DNA of 64,000 bases from NCBI RefSeq assembly GCF_009914755.1, contig NC_060940.1. One strand, 5' to 3'. Every line of letters starts with the position of its first letter. Positions within the stretch are counted from its first letter, which is position 1. Below the pieces are notes generated by a model. The model searched no databases and was not told the DNA's origin. It saw only the letters and a program-made list of their open reading frames with translations. This document shows positions 20,293 to 39,962 of the stretch, piece by piece. The position numbers were made by a program, and so were the translations under genes. The DNA is from the human T2T-CHM13v2.0 reference genome, Homo sapiens.

Positions 20293-21231
20293 TTAAAAAA
20301 ACTTTTTTGTACTTAGTAATATATACAGTAATTTTATAATTGACTAGAAATATCAATGTTCAAAGAAGTTGTAGACTATAAAAATATGACCTCTGGCATG
20401 CAATTCTCAAAAACATACAAAATCTTCTTTCTTGGTTGGATTTTTACAAACATCTCTACATGCAACAGTTGAGGTTAACCTTTTATACAGCCTTTGGAAT
20501 AAATTAGTAATCTGTAGTGCCTTTAGAAGCATTTTTATATTTTTTACCTCTGTGGAAAAGCATGTAAAATTGTTCACTAAACTTAACTCGTAATGGTCCA
20601 CACCAAGAGATTAATGAGGTTGAGCCTGTCAACAGGATTGACTGGTTTGTCCATGGATATTTAATGAACTGGATTCAATCCAGCTAGTGCTGCAAAAAAG
20701 AAAACACACCTTGCCCAGCCAATCACCTTGAACAGCCATTTCATGTTGTGTGTGTGTGCTTCTGCGTCTTTTATCACAACTGGAAGAATGAGGATTTGCT
20801 AGTGATTAGTGATGGCGCGGGGAGAGTAATCACCGCATGCTGAGGTCTGCTCAATGAGAACCTCGCTGCACAGGAGGGGTCTGGACACTGGAGTAACAAC
20901 AGAAGTCACCACTGTACAGTGACTCAGGACCAACGGGACAGCCAACAAAGCCAGTCTTTGGTTTCTGGATTAATAACTCATGTATATATACCAATTTAAC
21001 AAATTAAAAGCCTACTGCCTGCTAGTATTAAAATTCAAGCTTCCTCACTTCACCTTCAAATCCCTATTCAAGTAATTCTTACCAGCCTTTATAACTAGAC
21101 ATCTGCTGCCTTTTTGTAGCCTAAGTCTGATCCTAAACAAAGATGGGCATGAGGTTTTACTTGGTAATAACTTCTGACCATGCTTCAAAATATTCATTGT
21201 AAGAAATATACAAGTATTGCTTGAAACTTAC

Positions 21232-21286
21232 CACTCGACAAAGCTCCTGAACATCATGTTGCATGAAGCTATCTAAAGTTTCCCAC
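21232..21286 (-). CDS. USP7: USP7 exon 8 (55 nt; WETLDSFMQHDVQELCRV), switching loop/QHD box
   Basis: aaag|GTGGGA ... GTG|gtaagt. Confidence 0.97.
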
Positions 21287-21701
21287 CTTTCAAAGATAAA
21301 ACAAACAACTCCATTTAAACGCTCAACTTTCAAATGAGCAAATTAAAAGTAACTTAGATTGAAAACCTAAACTGGATAATCAGCTATTATTCTCAAATTC
21401 CTTTTCTGTGAAGATTATTTTTGGGAGTCATAATTCAAAGATAGATTTACTGCTGGGGAAGTGGTGTTTCCAAGAAAATGTAATAAATCTGAAAGCAGTA
21501 CAGGTTCTTGTGTTGAAAAGTAAAAACCTTAAGCGGTGAATTCTTTCTCAAGCAAAATTCTACAACAAAGTGTCTATTTCCAAAGAGATAAAACAAAATA
21601 CAATGATAAAAGCACTGACACGATTAAATGCTCAAGCCTCCCTAAATTAAGTGCCTACAGTATGCTCTACTAACTTTTCTATTCTCTACTCACTTGTCCT
21701 A

Positions 21702-22409
<708 letters not shown>

Positions 22410-22430
22410 TCACCCATATGTTCTTGATAA

Positions 22431-22820
<390 letters not shown>

Positions 22821-23258
22821 ATGGAGCACCATTTCTTAACTTACCATTACTTGTGAAACAAAGATTTGATTAAAAACTTAAATGTGACTAGAATTACCCA
22901 TACTGAGCTGTCCCTGGGATATATCACGACAACCTGTCTGGGTGGCTGTGCAAACATGCCTTGAAGGATGACAAGCCAGCCAGCTCCCTGCCCACCCCAC
23001 AACCAGGAGTGCCGATTTCCTGTACTGCTTCATAATAATCACAAGTAATTCTCAAAATAGAACTAACTCATCTATATTAGATTTAATGTATGTCTATTCT
23101 TTTTGTTAAAATTTTCAATAAAAGTAAGTTGCATTGACTTTTCAACTCAGTTTTTATATAAAACTTTGCAAATGTTGCTGTTAATGGATTATATGTTTTT
23201 CTAAATACCTTCACAAGGTGATTTCTAACACAATTTTAAGTCTGCAAAATTAGGTCAT

Positions 23259-23550
23259 GGCTGGGCATGGTGGATCATGCCTATAATCTGAGCCCCTTGG
23301 GAAGCTGAGGCAGGTGGATAGCTTGGGGTCAGGAGTTCGAGACCAGCCTGGACAACATGGTGAAACCCCGCCTCTACTAAAATATAAAAATTAGCTGGCC
23401 GTGGTGGCGGGTGCCTGTAATCCCAGCTACTCAGGAGGCTGAGGCCAGACAATCACTTGAACCCAGGAGACAGAGGCTGCAGTGAGCCAAGGTCACACCA
23501 TTGCACTCCAGCCTGGGCGACAGAGCAAGACTCCATCTCAATAAAGAAAA
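23259..23550 (+). mobile_element. Alu (S-type)
   Basis: Alu consensus. Confidence 0.94.
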
Positions 23551-23752
23551 AGGTTGGCGGTGGTAACTCTGAATCACTGAGGCAGGTTACAAAGTAGGTG
23601 TCCCAGCACTGGGGAATGAAAACGCAGCATGAACTAGCAGCCATCTGAGGAGACAGGGCCAGGGGAGGGAGACGCCATGTTTGTTGAGAGGACTTTGCTC
23701 TGATATACCTGAGAAGAAAGGGTGAGCGGAAGGCTGCAGGAGAGGAACACTA

Positions 23753-23878
<126 letters not shown>

Positions 23879-25088
23879 TCAGTTCAAGGTTGAGGGGATC
23901 TTGCAGATACCCCATTGCTCCTGCAGTGTGTGTGAAGCAATCTGACTCAAGGTCAGCCTTAAGGAAACCGAGGCCAGGAACACTTATCACACAGCATCCT
24001 TCAATGGTCACCGATTCCCTTCTGCTTGCTCCAGTGTGTGAACTGGTGCAAATGCAACCCCCACATTCGCACAGCCCTCGAAGCACCTGCCTGCTGACAG
24101 TGGCACTCCTGTCACTGATCAAGCCCAGCACCAACAGACACTTAACGGAGACCTGCATGCTCACACCCAACATGCCTCATGGTAGAGTTTGGTTACATAA
24201 TTACACTTATCACACGCAAGGTCAGCACAACGTGGAAAAAGCTGAAACTCATCTTTTCTGTAGACACACACACAAGAAGAAACAGGAGTGTGTATTCACC
24301 AAGTTTCACCTCAGACTTCTAAACTCCCAGAGCTTTTTTTATTTTGTGATTTTGGTGGTTGTTTGGGAGCAAGATAAGATTCTCAGAATTAACTGTGTCT
24401 CGTACCTTCCCACCCCCACCCCAAGTAGTAAAAGGAAGCCACAGAGAACGGTGCCAGAAAGCAAAGCAATCCTCCCACCTCCACGCCCATCTCCCTCTGT
24501 ACACAATGCCACGACCTGAACACACGACCGTCACCAAGCGGGACCAGTGCTGGGGGAGACACCTACTGCGCAGTACCATTCACCAGCACCTTGCCACTCC
24601 AGGGGTTAGCTCCCAGCCTTGGAAACACTCAAATACACCTAACGGCCTTGTCACCCCTCTTTACTCCTCGCTCACCATGTTAGTTGTCGGTGATGCTCAC
24701 CTCTTCCCCCAGTCCCCCCTTCCTCACACTCGGAGAGGACTTCCTCCCTGCCCTCATCAAAGTAACAACGGAGCATCTCTGCTCTGGGTATTTATGTACC
24801 GGTCTTAGCTCCTCTATGAAAGCTGAGTGTACATTCTTTAGGAACAGAAAACCACAGCTGTCTAGTTGCCATAATTATACAATTATGTTCCAAGGGTCTA
24901 ACATATAGAAACTGCTCAATCAATCTGTTAAACGAGTGTCAAGCAGGTGTGACTCTGTGTGCCACAGGGCAAGCGCAGAGAGGAGGCTTACTGATTAAAT
25001 ATGTGCATCTCTATTACATGCACGCTAAAGCTTCTTTCACTGCAGCACAAAAGACATTTTTAACAGCACCTGATTAAAGAAAAACTTA

Positions 25089-25178
<90 letters not shown>

Positions 25179-25797
25179 CTATAAAACATAAATAAGAATA
25201 TCCAGCTTGAATAAGAACACACACTTTATTCCCAAGAGACAAATTACATTAGTGCCCTGTACTTAATAGAGATGAAAATACTTTTTTTTTAAATACATCC
25301 CAACTTTGTTGCTAATTTTAGACTGTTTCAATTTTCTTTTAACAGTGGTCTCACAACAAATACAGCAAATGCTTGGCACCTCAGAGGTATCCCAGAGGTA
25401 CCCAGGGGCTCAGTGCCACAGCATGGACAGGAGAAATCTGTGCCCCTCTAAGCAGGGGAGGGGCTGGAGAATGCAATGATAAGTGACTTAGCATAGTAAG
25501 AAGTAACATTCCTAAGATTGTTCCACTGGTTACCACCTCTGCAAAAAGCAGCCAAAGTGAACTGAATGATTACTGGAGTCACATGGAACCACTCAGTACT
25601 ATGCCTGAATCATGAAAGGACCTCAAACAGCATTATGTCTTTTAAAGGAAATTTAGCCCACTGGGAACTCCCTTTGAATGTCTGACTAAAAAGTGAGACG
25701 TGAATCCAGAAAGCTGCTAAAAACGTAAGATACGAAACTGGAGAAAACATGTTTTCAAAGACACTTGTCCAATTTAGAAAGTAAAAATCTGACTCTA

Positions 25798-26064
<267 letters not shown>

Positions 26065-26937
26065 TTACCAGATGTTATACATTTTTAAAGACAGTAAACA
26101 TAGCACACCAAAATTCCCATTTATGTTTTCATTGCTCTCTCCTTTCGGGTTGGGGTTAAAGGTAGGATGGAGGCATTTTTACCTTTAATAGAGAAATGGG
26201 TGTTTGGGGCTCCCCCAGTGTATTCTGTAGTGATTTCACTCATGGTTTCATTTTTTAATTCCTTAGAAGTTGAAACAAATTTTCTTTCATTGTATCTATA
26301 CAATTTTGACCTCTGCTTCTACTGCCGATATAGGGGTCACCTCTCAGCGTTGCTCCTGCCCCTACAGCCCTTCAGTGCCATGCCTCTCGAGCTCTCCTAG
26401 GATGCCCTCCAGCACATGCTGGGGGAAAACCAGCACCGGGGAGCTCTGTGGCCTTAGAGCTTGCTGTCCTGCCCCGGCATCGACGAATTCACGATGAGGC
26501 ACAAAATTACAACCACAAGAGAACTACTGTACCTGCAGTGAAGTGTGGGGTGGACCACAAAAGGGCCTCTAGATCCAGGTTCAAAAACCATACATACAGC
26601 ACTTAAGCCAAAGAAAGTTAAGGTTTGCGATTAAAGTGGGGCCTTATCAATCAAAGCTGCAACTGAGCCCTGAAATGGTTTGACTCTTCAGGACAAGGGT
26701 AGGACAGTGCTGTTCCCACAGCACTTCCTGCTTGCTCGGGACGCTGACACTGGGTATGGACCATTCACTACTTTTCCAAAGTGCTTCAGGCTAAAGTTGT
26801 CCATCGGACTAAAACAAACCTAGCCCAAATACTCATCAGATCACATCATAATGTGAACAGAAGAGGACAACTTTAACCATCCACAGGCCCTGGCTGCATC
26901 ATAAAATTACCTTAAACATTAAAGAAAATGAAAGTAC

Positions 26938-27253
<316 letters not shown>

Positions 27254-27979
27254 TCAGTTCACTCTGGGGAACATGTTACTGAGGGTTCCAAAGGGCCACT
27301 CTGTGGCGTGGCAGGGAGACTAGGACAGGTGCAGTCCAAGTCAGCAGCTTCCCCTGGTTCCAACTGCAGACAGGTTGACAAAGTGGTCCGTACTCCCAGA
27401 ATCAACTGGGTTTTTGATAAAGGGTGAATTAATTTTCTAATTCATCTAAATAGAAGGACCATCAAGATTTCTCAGTTTTTGGACATTTCATAATATATAT
27501 GAATGTTTAAATGTTCCTCAAGTCAGAGGGCCATGTTGTATAAATCCTTCACAAAGTATGTTTTACTTGTACTTTCTGAACAACCCGTACAAATTAGCTA
27601 TCACACAATGGAAAGGATGTCTGGCTCTGACAGCTGCCATTTTCTGCTCAGACAGTTACTGACAGAGTAAGAATTAAGCCTGGTGGCTCAATGGTCAGCT
27701 AATCCAGGCCGGCCCTGATTCCATGGGCTGGTAGATTCTAACAAACTATTTTTAGTTTTTTCACTTACAAGATAAAAATATACTTTTCTAGCTTGGATAT
27801 TATACATATACCAGTGGGTTTTAAAGAGAAACACGTATTTAATCTAATTTAAAATCAAAAGGCTATGTAGAGGCAGCAAATAACTTAAGATAAAATTGCA
27901 CTAGGCTGATCAAATTTGGCTTCCAGTAATGAAATACAACGATGTGGGGGTTTGTAGTTGCATCATTTAAACTGTCTTA

Positions 27980-28195
<216 letters not shown>

Positions 28196-30638
28196 TCATC
28201 AGTCACAGAGCCTGTGCATTGACCAAAAGCACTAGCATTAATCGACATGGAGTAAACTGTTCTATACATCCTGATTTAACTGCTAAAACCTAACAGTTTG
28301 AAAAAATTGCTTCCAATTTATTAAAACCCGAAGACTGAGATAACATACAGTTTCTGAATGGATTAATTCTTCCTTATGAAGTCCAAAACTCAGAGTGCTA
28401 ACCATACACTTGCCATCCCTGTCAGACTGAGTTCCACATGAGAACAATGTCTACTTTACTAAAGCTGAATTCCCAAGGACCCCAGGCACCAAGTGAGTGG
28501 AGAGACCTTGGAGAGAAGGAACGACATGGCTCATATCTGTTCAAGGACGGGACTTCTGGGGGTAAAGACCACGACATGGGACTTGGGCTGACTTTACAGA
28601 GCACGGAACACACAGGCAGGACTTGAGAGCCAGGGAAACAGCCATTCCCCTGGAAGCTCAGCACTGCTCAGAGGCAAGACAAGGGCTACAACAGTAGCCT
28701 GATAATAAATGCTAACCTCATTGGTTCACGATTTTTGCAAAAATACTAGCCTGGACACCCTAGGGGGAATAATTTTTTTTTTAAGAACTGGTATTTTTTC
28801 CCACATGAGTAGTATAAATTGTTAAATGATAACAAGACCAAAGGCTGATTTAAGATATTTAAGTTTCTGACAACACAGTGCCTCTTAGCAGAGGTCCAAC
28901 TGAAGGTCTCCATTTAAAATTCAATCTTTCACTGATGACAGTGACTATTCATTTGCATGTGGCCATCGGTCAATCACCTTTGACAAACCCTGCAGCATCT
29001 TACTGCTTCCCAAACGACTCCTGCGAAGGCACAGTCCTCCCACACCCACACCAATCTGTTATTGACCAATACTTTTATAAAGCATCATGAAATTGCCACA
29101 GCAAAGTCAACATGCTACACAAGCTTCTAAACGCTTCCTTTCACTTTCTGTACCTATCTCATTATAGTCTGCACACAGCTCACTGACTGGCAGGAGTCCC
29201 AGGGCCACACCAAGGGCCAAGCTCTACAGGCAGTGCCTGGAAGGCTGTTCCCGGCTTAGAATCAGGTGCTATTTTGACATCCCTGACCACCAGGCTCCTA
29301 AGGCACAAAATGAGACTTGTAGGCTTGGGTAAAGAGTGCCTAAGAACATCCTCCCATCCTTCATCTTCAGGCCCCTGAAGGCAGTCACCATGTCATCCAA
29401 CAACCCTTCAGACTCCAAAGTTCACTAACAACTGAGTTCTCAGCATCAGCCACTTCTCAGGGAAGAGAATTTGCTTGAAGTTTCTGACTGAGTTTGGTCT
29501 TAAGAAAACATGTCCATCAGTCCTCCTGGGAGGGTAGTATTGAAATATCAAAAGCATGTGTGACGGTAAGCACGTCTACCTTCTTTGAGACACTCTTCAT
29601 CCCAAATTATTTTATTTCACATAACCCTGCTGAGTTGCTTACAGCACAGGAACTTTGGAAGGAAGAGCAGCTGAAAGAGGCGCATCTTGTCCAAAATAAT
29701 TATTTATTTGAGCCTCTTCAAGTGGTATTCCCCTAATCCTTTTGAGGATAGAAGTCTACTAAAAGGCAAGAAACTTGTTTAAGATAATAACGTCTAGAAT
29801 GGCGTGGTGGAATAAGTTTTGCCATGTGCTTTTAGGATCATGCAATTCACAGCTGATCAGGAGTTAAGTTCTGCAAGGTAGACAAGAGACAGATGTCAAT
29901 TCCCACATTTTAGGTGAGGAAATGGAGGTTCGCCGAGGCTGTTTTACAAAGTGACAATAGAGGATTTTAATATCCAAGATTTGTCAAGACACTATGCACA
30001 GTGACCTGACTCTGGTTTTTAAAATTCCACTCCTGGAAGTTACCATAACACACACAAAACGCAGGCCTCAACAAAATGAGACTACTAGCTTGCCCGCTTT
30101 ATGAAGCCCATGTATACAGAACTGCACAGAAGCAACCAAATGGAAAATCACTGCAGGACCTAAAAAGCTGAAAGAAACAAGGTTATGCCTCTTTTCCAAC
30201 CCATCTATTTTATATAATTCAGCTCTTTACAGGGTTTGATTTTATGTATACAAAATCAATACATATTGTAAGTGCTTTTGGAACTTTCACCCTATACATT
30301 AAATTTTCCAAGGTACTCCTTAAACATTAAAAAGACCCAAACAATGGTGAGACTCAGAATTGAAGTTTGCACTTGGTTCACCTGCTGCCCAGCCCCGCAG
30401 AGGCCACCGCGCATCCGTCTCTGTGCCCCCGAGTGTGGCACTGCCCTGACACACAGTGGTTAGTTCACAATTAGTGCACTGCACACTCGATTTCAGCCTC
30501 ACACTCAAGGCACATTTCTTAGAACAGACTTATCAAATCTGCAAGCACAAAGTTTAGATGACACTTCGGGTGTATTAAAATTTCACCTCACTTCCTGAAA
30601 ACTCTTCATACTAGCAGAATAATTGAAAACTTTTACTA

Positions 30639-31307
<669 letters not shown>

Positions 31308-31780
31308 TCACAGATACGGCCAGCCAGATTGTCCTCCTACGAGGAATTACATGAGACTCAGTGATGGAGATCTTTGCCCAAGAAAATAGTTAACAGTACA
31401 CTGGATCCTATGTATTATTTTTTTGCAACTTCCAAGTATGCTAGGTATTAGCAAGGACACCCACATTCACTGCAAAATTAGCACTTCATGCACAAAGACT
31501 CCAATCTGCCTGGATGCCACTAACATTAGCAGACCACCATTTCATTACCGCATGCTTCTTTTTACTGTAAATGACAAAGCAACAAACTTCTACAAACTGG
31601 TGTCACCACAAATCCTCAACCAGATTCCTTGATAACTCTCACTACCTTCCAATCTGGCCCCTGGAGACTCTTGTACCAGGGGCAGGGACAATTACCTACA
31701 GCACGAAGTTCCCACTGGGCACTTTGTTACAGCAATTTTATCCTCCCAGGGCAAAGGCCAATAGACCAGCCTGGGCTTCA

Positions 31781-32188
<408 letters not shown>

Positions 32189-32240
32189 TTAGCAAACTTC
32201 TGCTCTTCATTCTAATACAACTTCTTGCAAGTCCTAGTCA

Positions 32241-32770
<530 letters not shown>

Positions 32771-33589
32771 TACTTCCTTGGTCATCTCATGAAAAATAGT
32801 GAATAAGGAACTAAAAGTAGAATGAGTAGATACAGTAAAAGATAATTCTGATACTTGCCCGAAATTCTATGTTAACAGGATTTTTAAATAAGTTCTCTCC
32901 CTCAACTATACATGTCTCCCATCTCTTTGTCTCATTAGCTATTTAGCATCTTACACAAGAAATGTCCCTTACTAAGAAGTCTTCTGTGCAAATCAGTCAA
33001 GTCGCTGATAGTTTGGCTACAGACCAAACTTCTAATGAGGTGCTTCCCAGATTGTGTGCCCTAGTCTGAAATGGACACTCAACACTCAAGGACACAGGAC
33101 ACTCAAAAAAAGGGGGAGCTCTGAAGTCCAGAGTCTTAGGGAATCATTAACAAAAACTTATTTTGGATAAGCAATTTATGCTGCTTCTGATATGACAACC
33201 CTGAGACATACGACAGTAAATAAAGCTTGTTTAGCCCAGCACATATCCAACTTCCTAGAATCCTGTGCATTTTTCACAACACACTTATCCCCTGAAGAAG
33301 AGGATTGCGCAATTTGTACTGCAGCTGGAAAACGCTGCCCTCAGCTACAAGTTCTTCTCCTACAGTCAGGACCACCTCCCTCCCACGCACTTTGCCATCA
33401 GAAAGATATTACATGCTGGGTCTTTCAACGGCAACCACAGTTCCAAACCAAGGAAAGGTGCTACGGAAGATTACTCAACCTTCTCGGATTATACGCTTTT
33501 TCCATCAAGGAGGTCACAAGAAGGGCATTTCCACTTTCGGGTCCTATGGCGTGGCACCACTGTCTACTAATTTAGTGAAATGTACCTCA

Positions 33590-33770
33590 AAAGGAAGGGG
33601 ACTTTACCCATATTGTCCCCTCATAAGTCATTCTCCCCAGGAGACACCTGGCAATGTCTAGAGACATGTCATGACCGCAAGTGGAGGGCAGCAGCCATGG
33701 GCATCCTGGAATGCACAGGACAGCCTCCCACAACCAAGAATTATCCAAGTTGCCATGAGAAGCTAAGAAG
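33590..33770 (+). mobile_element. MER20-like hAT DNA transposon relic
   Basis: ccccaggagacacctggcaatgtctagagaca and atgcacaggacagcctcccacaaccaagaattatcc resemble MER20. Confidence 0.7.
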
Positions 33771-34955
33771 CTCCGCCCTATATCTGTCTCCTCCCAAGAC
33801 CTCCCCCCTAAAAAAAAAAAGAAAAAAACAGTAGGGAAATGTTGGAACAGATTGCTCTGTGGGAACTAGACCCGGAATGTTCCGATAGGGCAGGGCCTGT
33901 CACTGCTACACAAGTGGCTAGAATTGATCCCAAACGCACACCTAGCGCCTCAGAGCTGGCCATGCCTTCCCAAATGCACTCACTCAACCGCTTTCGGCAT
34001 CTCAGATGTCTAAAGTAAAACCTCCAAAAGCCCAACAACCAGCGAGACCACACCCACACCATTGCCCTCGTCTACGGTGGAAAGCGCACTCCACAGGTAA
34101 CAAAGCAGCGGGTTTAGACCACGCCTCTTTACCTTCCTCAGATATTGCCTCAGCCAGCTGCCAGGGGTAAACCGCACTGTGAGAGAACTCTCAACTACGG
34201 CTGCAGTTTCTCATGGAGGCTGAACTTTTGGCAGGAGGTCTGAACAGCAGTCCTTCTGGTGGTGCAGCCCGTGACTGATGGTTTCTTTCAACTGCCCCGT
34301 TACTCCCCTGGGAAGGACACAACCCTCATGAGGATTGATGGACATGCTTTTTGACAGAACATGGTTTCATATTACACTCAAGACTCCAGGGGCTGCATAC
34401 TGCAATTACTGGCTGCTCCCTACTCACAAGTGTGACTGTGCAAATATTGAGGTCACTAATTTGATAAATTTAAAGAAGGAATGGTCTCGGAAGAAAAAAA
34501 CTGATTTCCTACACAAAAAATGTCCATGCACATACATATGAGTATGCTTTCTCACAGAGAAGCTATAGACCAAAACTCAGTGAGGGAGAATGAAGGCCAA
34601 AGCTTGAATCTGATTTCATCCCTAACAGGAGCGGGGAGGGATTCATAGCTATCATCAACTGATATACACCCTGCAATGAGAATGCAATGGAAAGCCAAGT
34701 TCCAATGTCTGCACGTATCTTGCTGCAAACAAACAAGAAGGAGAGTAAGACATGCTTGTTGTTCCCAATACTAGCAGTGGCTGGAGACCTGCAGGCAGGA
34801 GTAAATACCCACCTATTAAATTTAAACCTACATTACACCTCCTTGCCTAGGCTAGGGAGACTCTACTTACCTGGCAATGGTGTAGGCAATCTTGAAACTC
34901 AAAACCCAAACAGGATTTTCCTCAGTTACAGCCTCCTGAAAACTAGCTACGCTCA

Positions 34956-35192
<237 letters not shown>

Positions 35193-35450
35193 TTACATTC
35201 ATGGCTTTAATAGAATAAGCAAAATATAAACTTATACTTTTGATGTTGCCTAATCATTAATAAATTCCAATTGTACCACAATAAAGATTCATTCTAATCC
35301 AAAAAATATTTATACTAATGTTTACTACATACAAACTTTCGCTGTTTCGAAACACTAAATGGAATTTGAAAACATGCTATACCACACTATAATTTGCTTT
35401 ATTTGCAATGATATTCTGCACAAAACTTTTTATATAAAATCTCTTATGTA

Positions 35451-35754
35451 GGCCAGACATGGTGGCTCATACCTGTAATCCTAGCATTTTGAGAGGCCAA
35501 GGCGGACAGATCACCTGAGGCCAGGAGTTCGAGACCAGGCTGGCCAACATGGTGAAACCCCGTCTCTACTAGAAATGCAAAAATTAGCTGGGTGTGGTGG
35601 CGCATGCCCGCAATCCCAACTATTTGGCAGGCTGAGGAATGAAAATCACTTGAACTCAGGAGGCGGAGGCTGCAGTGAGCCAAGATCATGCCACTGCACT
35701 CCAGCCTGGCCGACAGGGTGAGACTCAGTCTCAAATTAAAAAAAAAAAAAAAAA
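35451..35754 (+). mobile_element. Alu (S-type)
   Basis: Alu consensus with A tail. Confidence 0.95.
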
Positions 35755-35955
35755 TCCTTAGGTAGTTCTTACTTTACAATAGCTAATCAGCGTAAAGAAC
35801 CTTTATCTAATCATGCAAAGTCATTATTTTACTATAGGTTTCCTAGTAATTAAAACAATTCTACAGCCAATTTTGTTGTGAAGATTACTGAACATATGCA
35901 AATGGTATACATTAAAACAAATATTTTAAACGTTTTCATCATGAACACATGCATC

Positions 35956-36225
35956 TTTTTTTTTTTTTTCTGAGACAGAGTCTCGCTCTGTCCCCCAGCC
36001 TGGAGTGCAGTGGCGCAATCTCAGCTCACTGCTACCTCTGCCTTTCCAGTTCAAACTATTCTCCTGCCTCAGCCTCCTGAGTAGCTGGGATTAGAAGCAT
36101 GTGCCACCACGCCCAGCTAATTTTGTATTTTTAGTAGAGATGTGGTTTCACCATGTCGGTCAACTGGTCTCGAACTCCTGGCCTCAAGTGATCCACCTGC
36201 CTTGGCCTCCCAAAGTGCTGGGATC
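35956..36225 (-). mobile_element. Alu (S-type), inverted relative to the 35451 Alu
   Basis: reverse-complement Alu consensus. Confidence 0.94.
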
Positions 36226-37048
36226 ACCCACCCATGCCAGTGTCTTAAAACATCAAATCATCACCCTCAAGGTGTCAGTGGACAATTCCTGTATAATTAT
36301 GTAAAGATCCGGGAAAGTGTTTAGGAAAGGATAAAATTGTTTTACCACTCTAAATGCATGCTAAATGCTTGGGCTGAAAAACACATATAACTCAAGTTCG
36401 GATTCAAAACATTTTAAGTTACCACTGGTAAATAAGGTGTAAATTACAACAACATTCCAATCACTTTTCATTAATTTTAAAGCATAAATTTCTCACACTC
36501 ACACAGGTGGTTATTCTACAAGCAGAATAATCACAGCAGGACTTTTAGGTTTTACCTAGGTTCACACATCCCATTTAAATCAATTTGTTTTTCCCCATAT
36601 TAGAATAGCTCACTGCAACTAATGCTGGCCCCACGGTTGCCTACACAGTCGGCTTTCCCTGGTGCACTGGACACCAACAGAAATTAAGAATCTCAACTGC
36701 ATACAGGAGATGTGCTTTTTAACAGCCAGGTAGTTGTGTGTGTGGCCTTCACAATTTCAGAGCCTTTCTGCCATCCGAACCAGCAAGCAATCTGATTCAG
36801 CACCACGGACAGTGCCATGCTCACCTCCCCCTCCAAGAACTCTCCAAAACCCCAACGCTTAGATTACATCATAAACCTCTCCAATAATTCCTGAATAAAA
36901 TGGTACTCCCCACCACCCAAGCATCTCAAAACATTCAAAATACCAAGAAACAGGTATTACCACTCAGACGTTTAAGACATTAAAGATCAATTTCAGTCTT
37001 GATAGTCTCTTAATACACTTAATTAATGATGCATTAAAAGTTATTTCT

Positions 37049-37165
37049 GGTCCGACCCGTGGCTCACTGCCTATAATCCTAGCACTTTGGGAGGCAAAGA
37101 TGGGAGAACTGCTTGAGCCCAGGAGTTTGAGACCAGCCAGGGAAACATAGTGAGACCTCATCTCA
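37049..37165 (+). mobile_element. Alu left monomer (FLAM-like)
   Basis: single-arm Alu similarity. Confidence 0.8.
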
Positions 37166-37657
37166 ATTTATTATTATTTTTAAAGCTTATTTCTGAAAAC
37201 ATATACACATACTTCTAAACTAGTCCCTAGACCATCATGTCTTGACAGAAATACTGTGGAAGGGGGTTAAGGAAAAGAACTCAGATGTACACTCAAGACA
37301 CAGGATGAAGAGAAGGAAAAATGTCTTTTTGCTGGTTAACTAGCTCAAATGCTCCAAATCAAATATACATGCTAAATTTAAAAAAAAGAAAAGAAAAATC
37401 AGGTACTCTGAAATGTCTTTCATCCACATTCATTTTCCTTAGAACTACATCAAATCTTTAAAAAGTTTTATGAGATTCATAAATTGTAAACCAAGGACAG
37501 TGACTGGCCCTAGAAAGTGGAGGAGGCAAGAAGGGAATGGGGCTGGGGATGGACAAAGCAGGATAGTGCCTTATCTGCGACATTTAAAGATGAAAAATTT
37601 TTAAGAAGTAACATGTATATTTAAACTTAAGAATATATTTATGTACTAACTGAATAG

Positions 37658-37998
<341 letters not shown>

Positions 37999-38022
37999 CC
38001 CAATAGAATGTTAAAAAAATTT

Positions 38023-38160
38023 AGCCAAGCACAGTGGCTCATGCCTATATAATCCCAGCACTTGTGGGGGGCCAAGACGGGACGATCACATAAGTCAAGG
38101 AGTCCGAGACCAACATGGGCAATATAGTGAGATTCCCAACTCTATTAAAAACAAAAAAAT
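38023..38160 (+). mobile_element. Alu left monomer
   Basis: single-arm Alu similarity. Confidence 0.8.
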
Positions 38161-38322
38161 TCAGGTACCAAGCGATATGTATCACATACTACCTTTATTA
38201 GAAAAGGAGAGTCCTGTGTTGAAATAGAAATATATAATTTCATATTCCCTTTACAAAATTCAAAAGATGTCTACAGAAACAGCAGGATACAGAAGAACCT
38301 ACTAGAGATTAGGGTTACATAG

Positions 38323-38818
<496 letters not shown>

Positions 38819-39962
38819 TATAAATCTTAAAAGTAATTTGCTAGACGTACACCCAGTACTTTTAACTTCCTTGGTTCAAACTTATCCTACGACAATAGCT
38901 TTAAAACATGGTTTTAATGCATGGATGCAAAAATGAGGGCTCATTTTCTGTACATAAAACTTCATGTCTAAAATCAGGATCACATGTAAGTGTAAGCAGT
39001 CTAAAGTGTGGAAAATAATCGAACTCTACAACTGCTCTGTAATTCTGAGGTACAGGTTATGGTTTCATGAGATGCAGTGAAATCAGACTGAGACACAAGT
39101 GAATTCAGATTAGAGCTCAAAGAAGGGCTTGTTTGGGTGACTTGAGAGAGACTGCATTGTCTCCAAAAGTTACAGCAATAATAAAAACCAAGATCAATTC
39201 AAGAGCGCATAACATCTTACAGGATGGGGTGGGGGAAATGCGTAAGCTCTACCCCCCATTTTTCAGCAGTGGGATTAATTGCAGTGTGATGACTAAAGAA
39301 AGCCTATTATTTTCTGAAATGGTTCTAGTGTGAAGTTAGGGCTTCTCTGCAGTTGGCCTTGAAAACGCAAAGCAAGCAGAGGTCTGCGGTTGCAGCAGAA
39401 TCTGAGCAAGACCCCAGCTTTTACATCCAAATTAACACATCTGACTTGGTGTGGCCAATCTGCCCTTTTCCACCTGACAGGTGCAGAGAAAGTGGTCAAG
39501 GCCAGTGGCTGTGAAATGGCAAAGGGCCACTGGCTGGCCACCGAGTACATAAGGGGTGGGTCCCGGCCACCAACAGCCCTATGGGTGTCCAAGCAGCCAC
39601 CAAGGTGATTCCAGCCCAGCTCCCAGGGGCAGGAGATCCCGTTTTTAAAAGCTCCTCATAAATGAGTTAGTTCCGCAAGAGGATTAAAATTTTAATTAAG
39701 ACATGGTAAATCCCTGGTCCAGAAGTAAATGATGAAAGCACAGGATAGCCACACACACAAGAAATCTGTACTAGACTTCTAGAAATAGCCTAAACGATAA
39801 GGCTGCCTTCTTTTATTGTTCAAGACAGATGTACAACATTGGCATGCACATACATTTACTGCCATGTAAGAGTGATGTAATACCAAGTTTTATATGCCAC
39901 CTTTTCGGAAGTTTTTAAGACATGGGGACTGATTTGGCCAAACACTTGAGCTAAGGCACTAA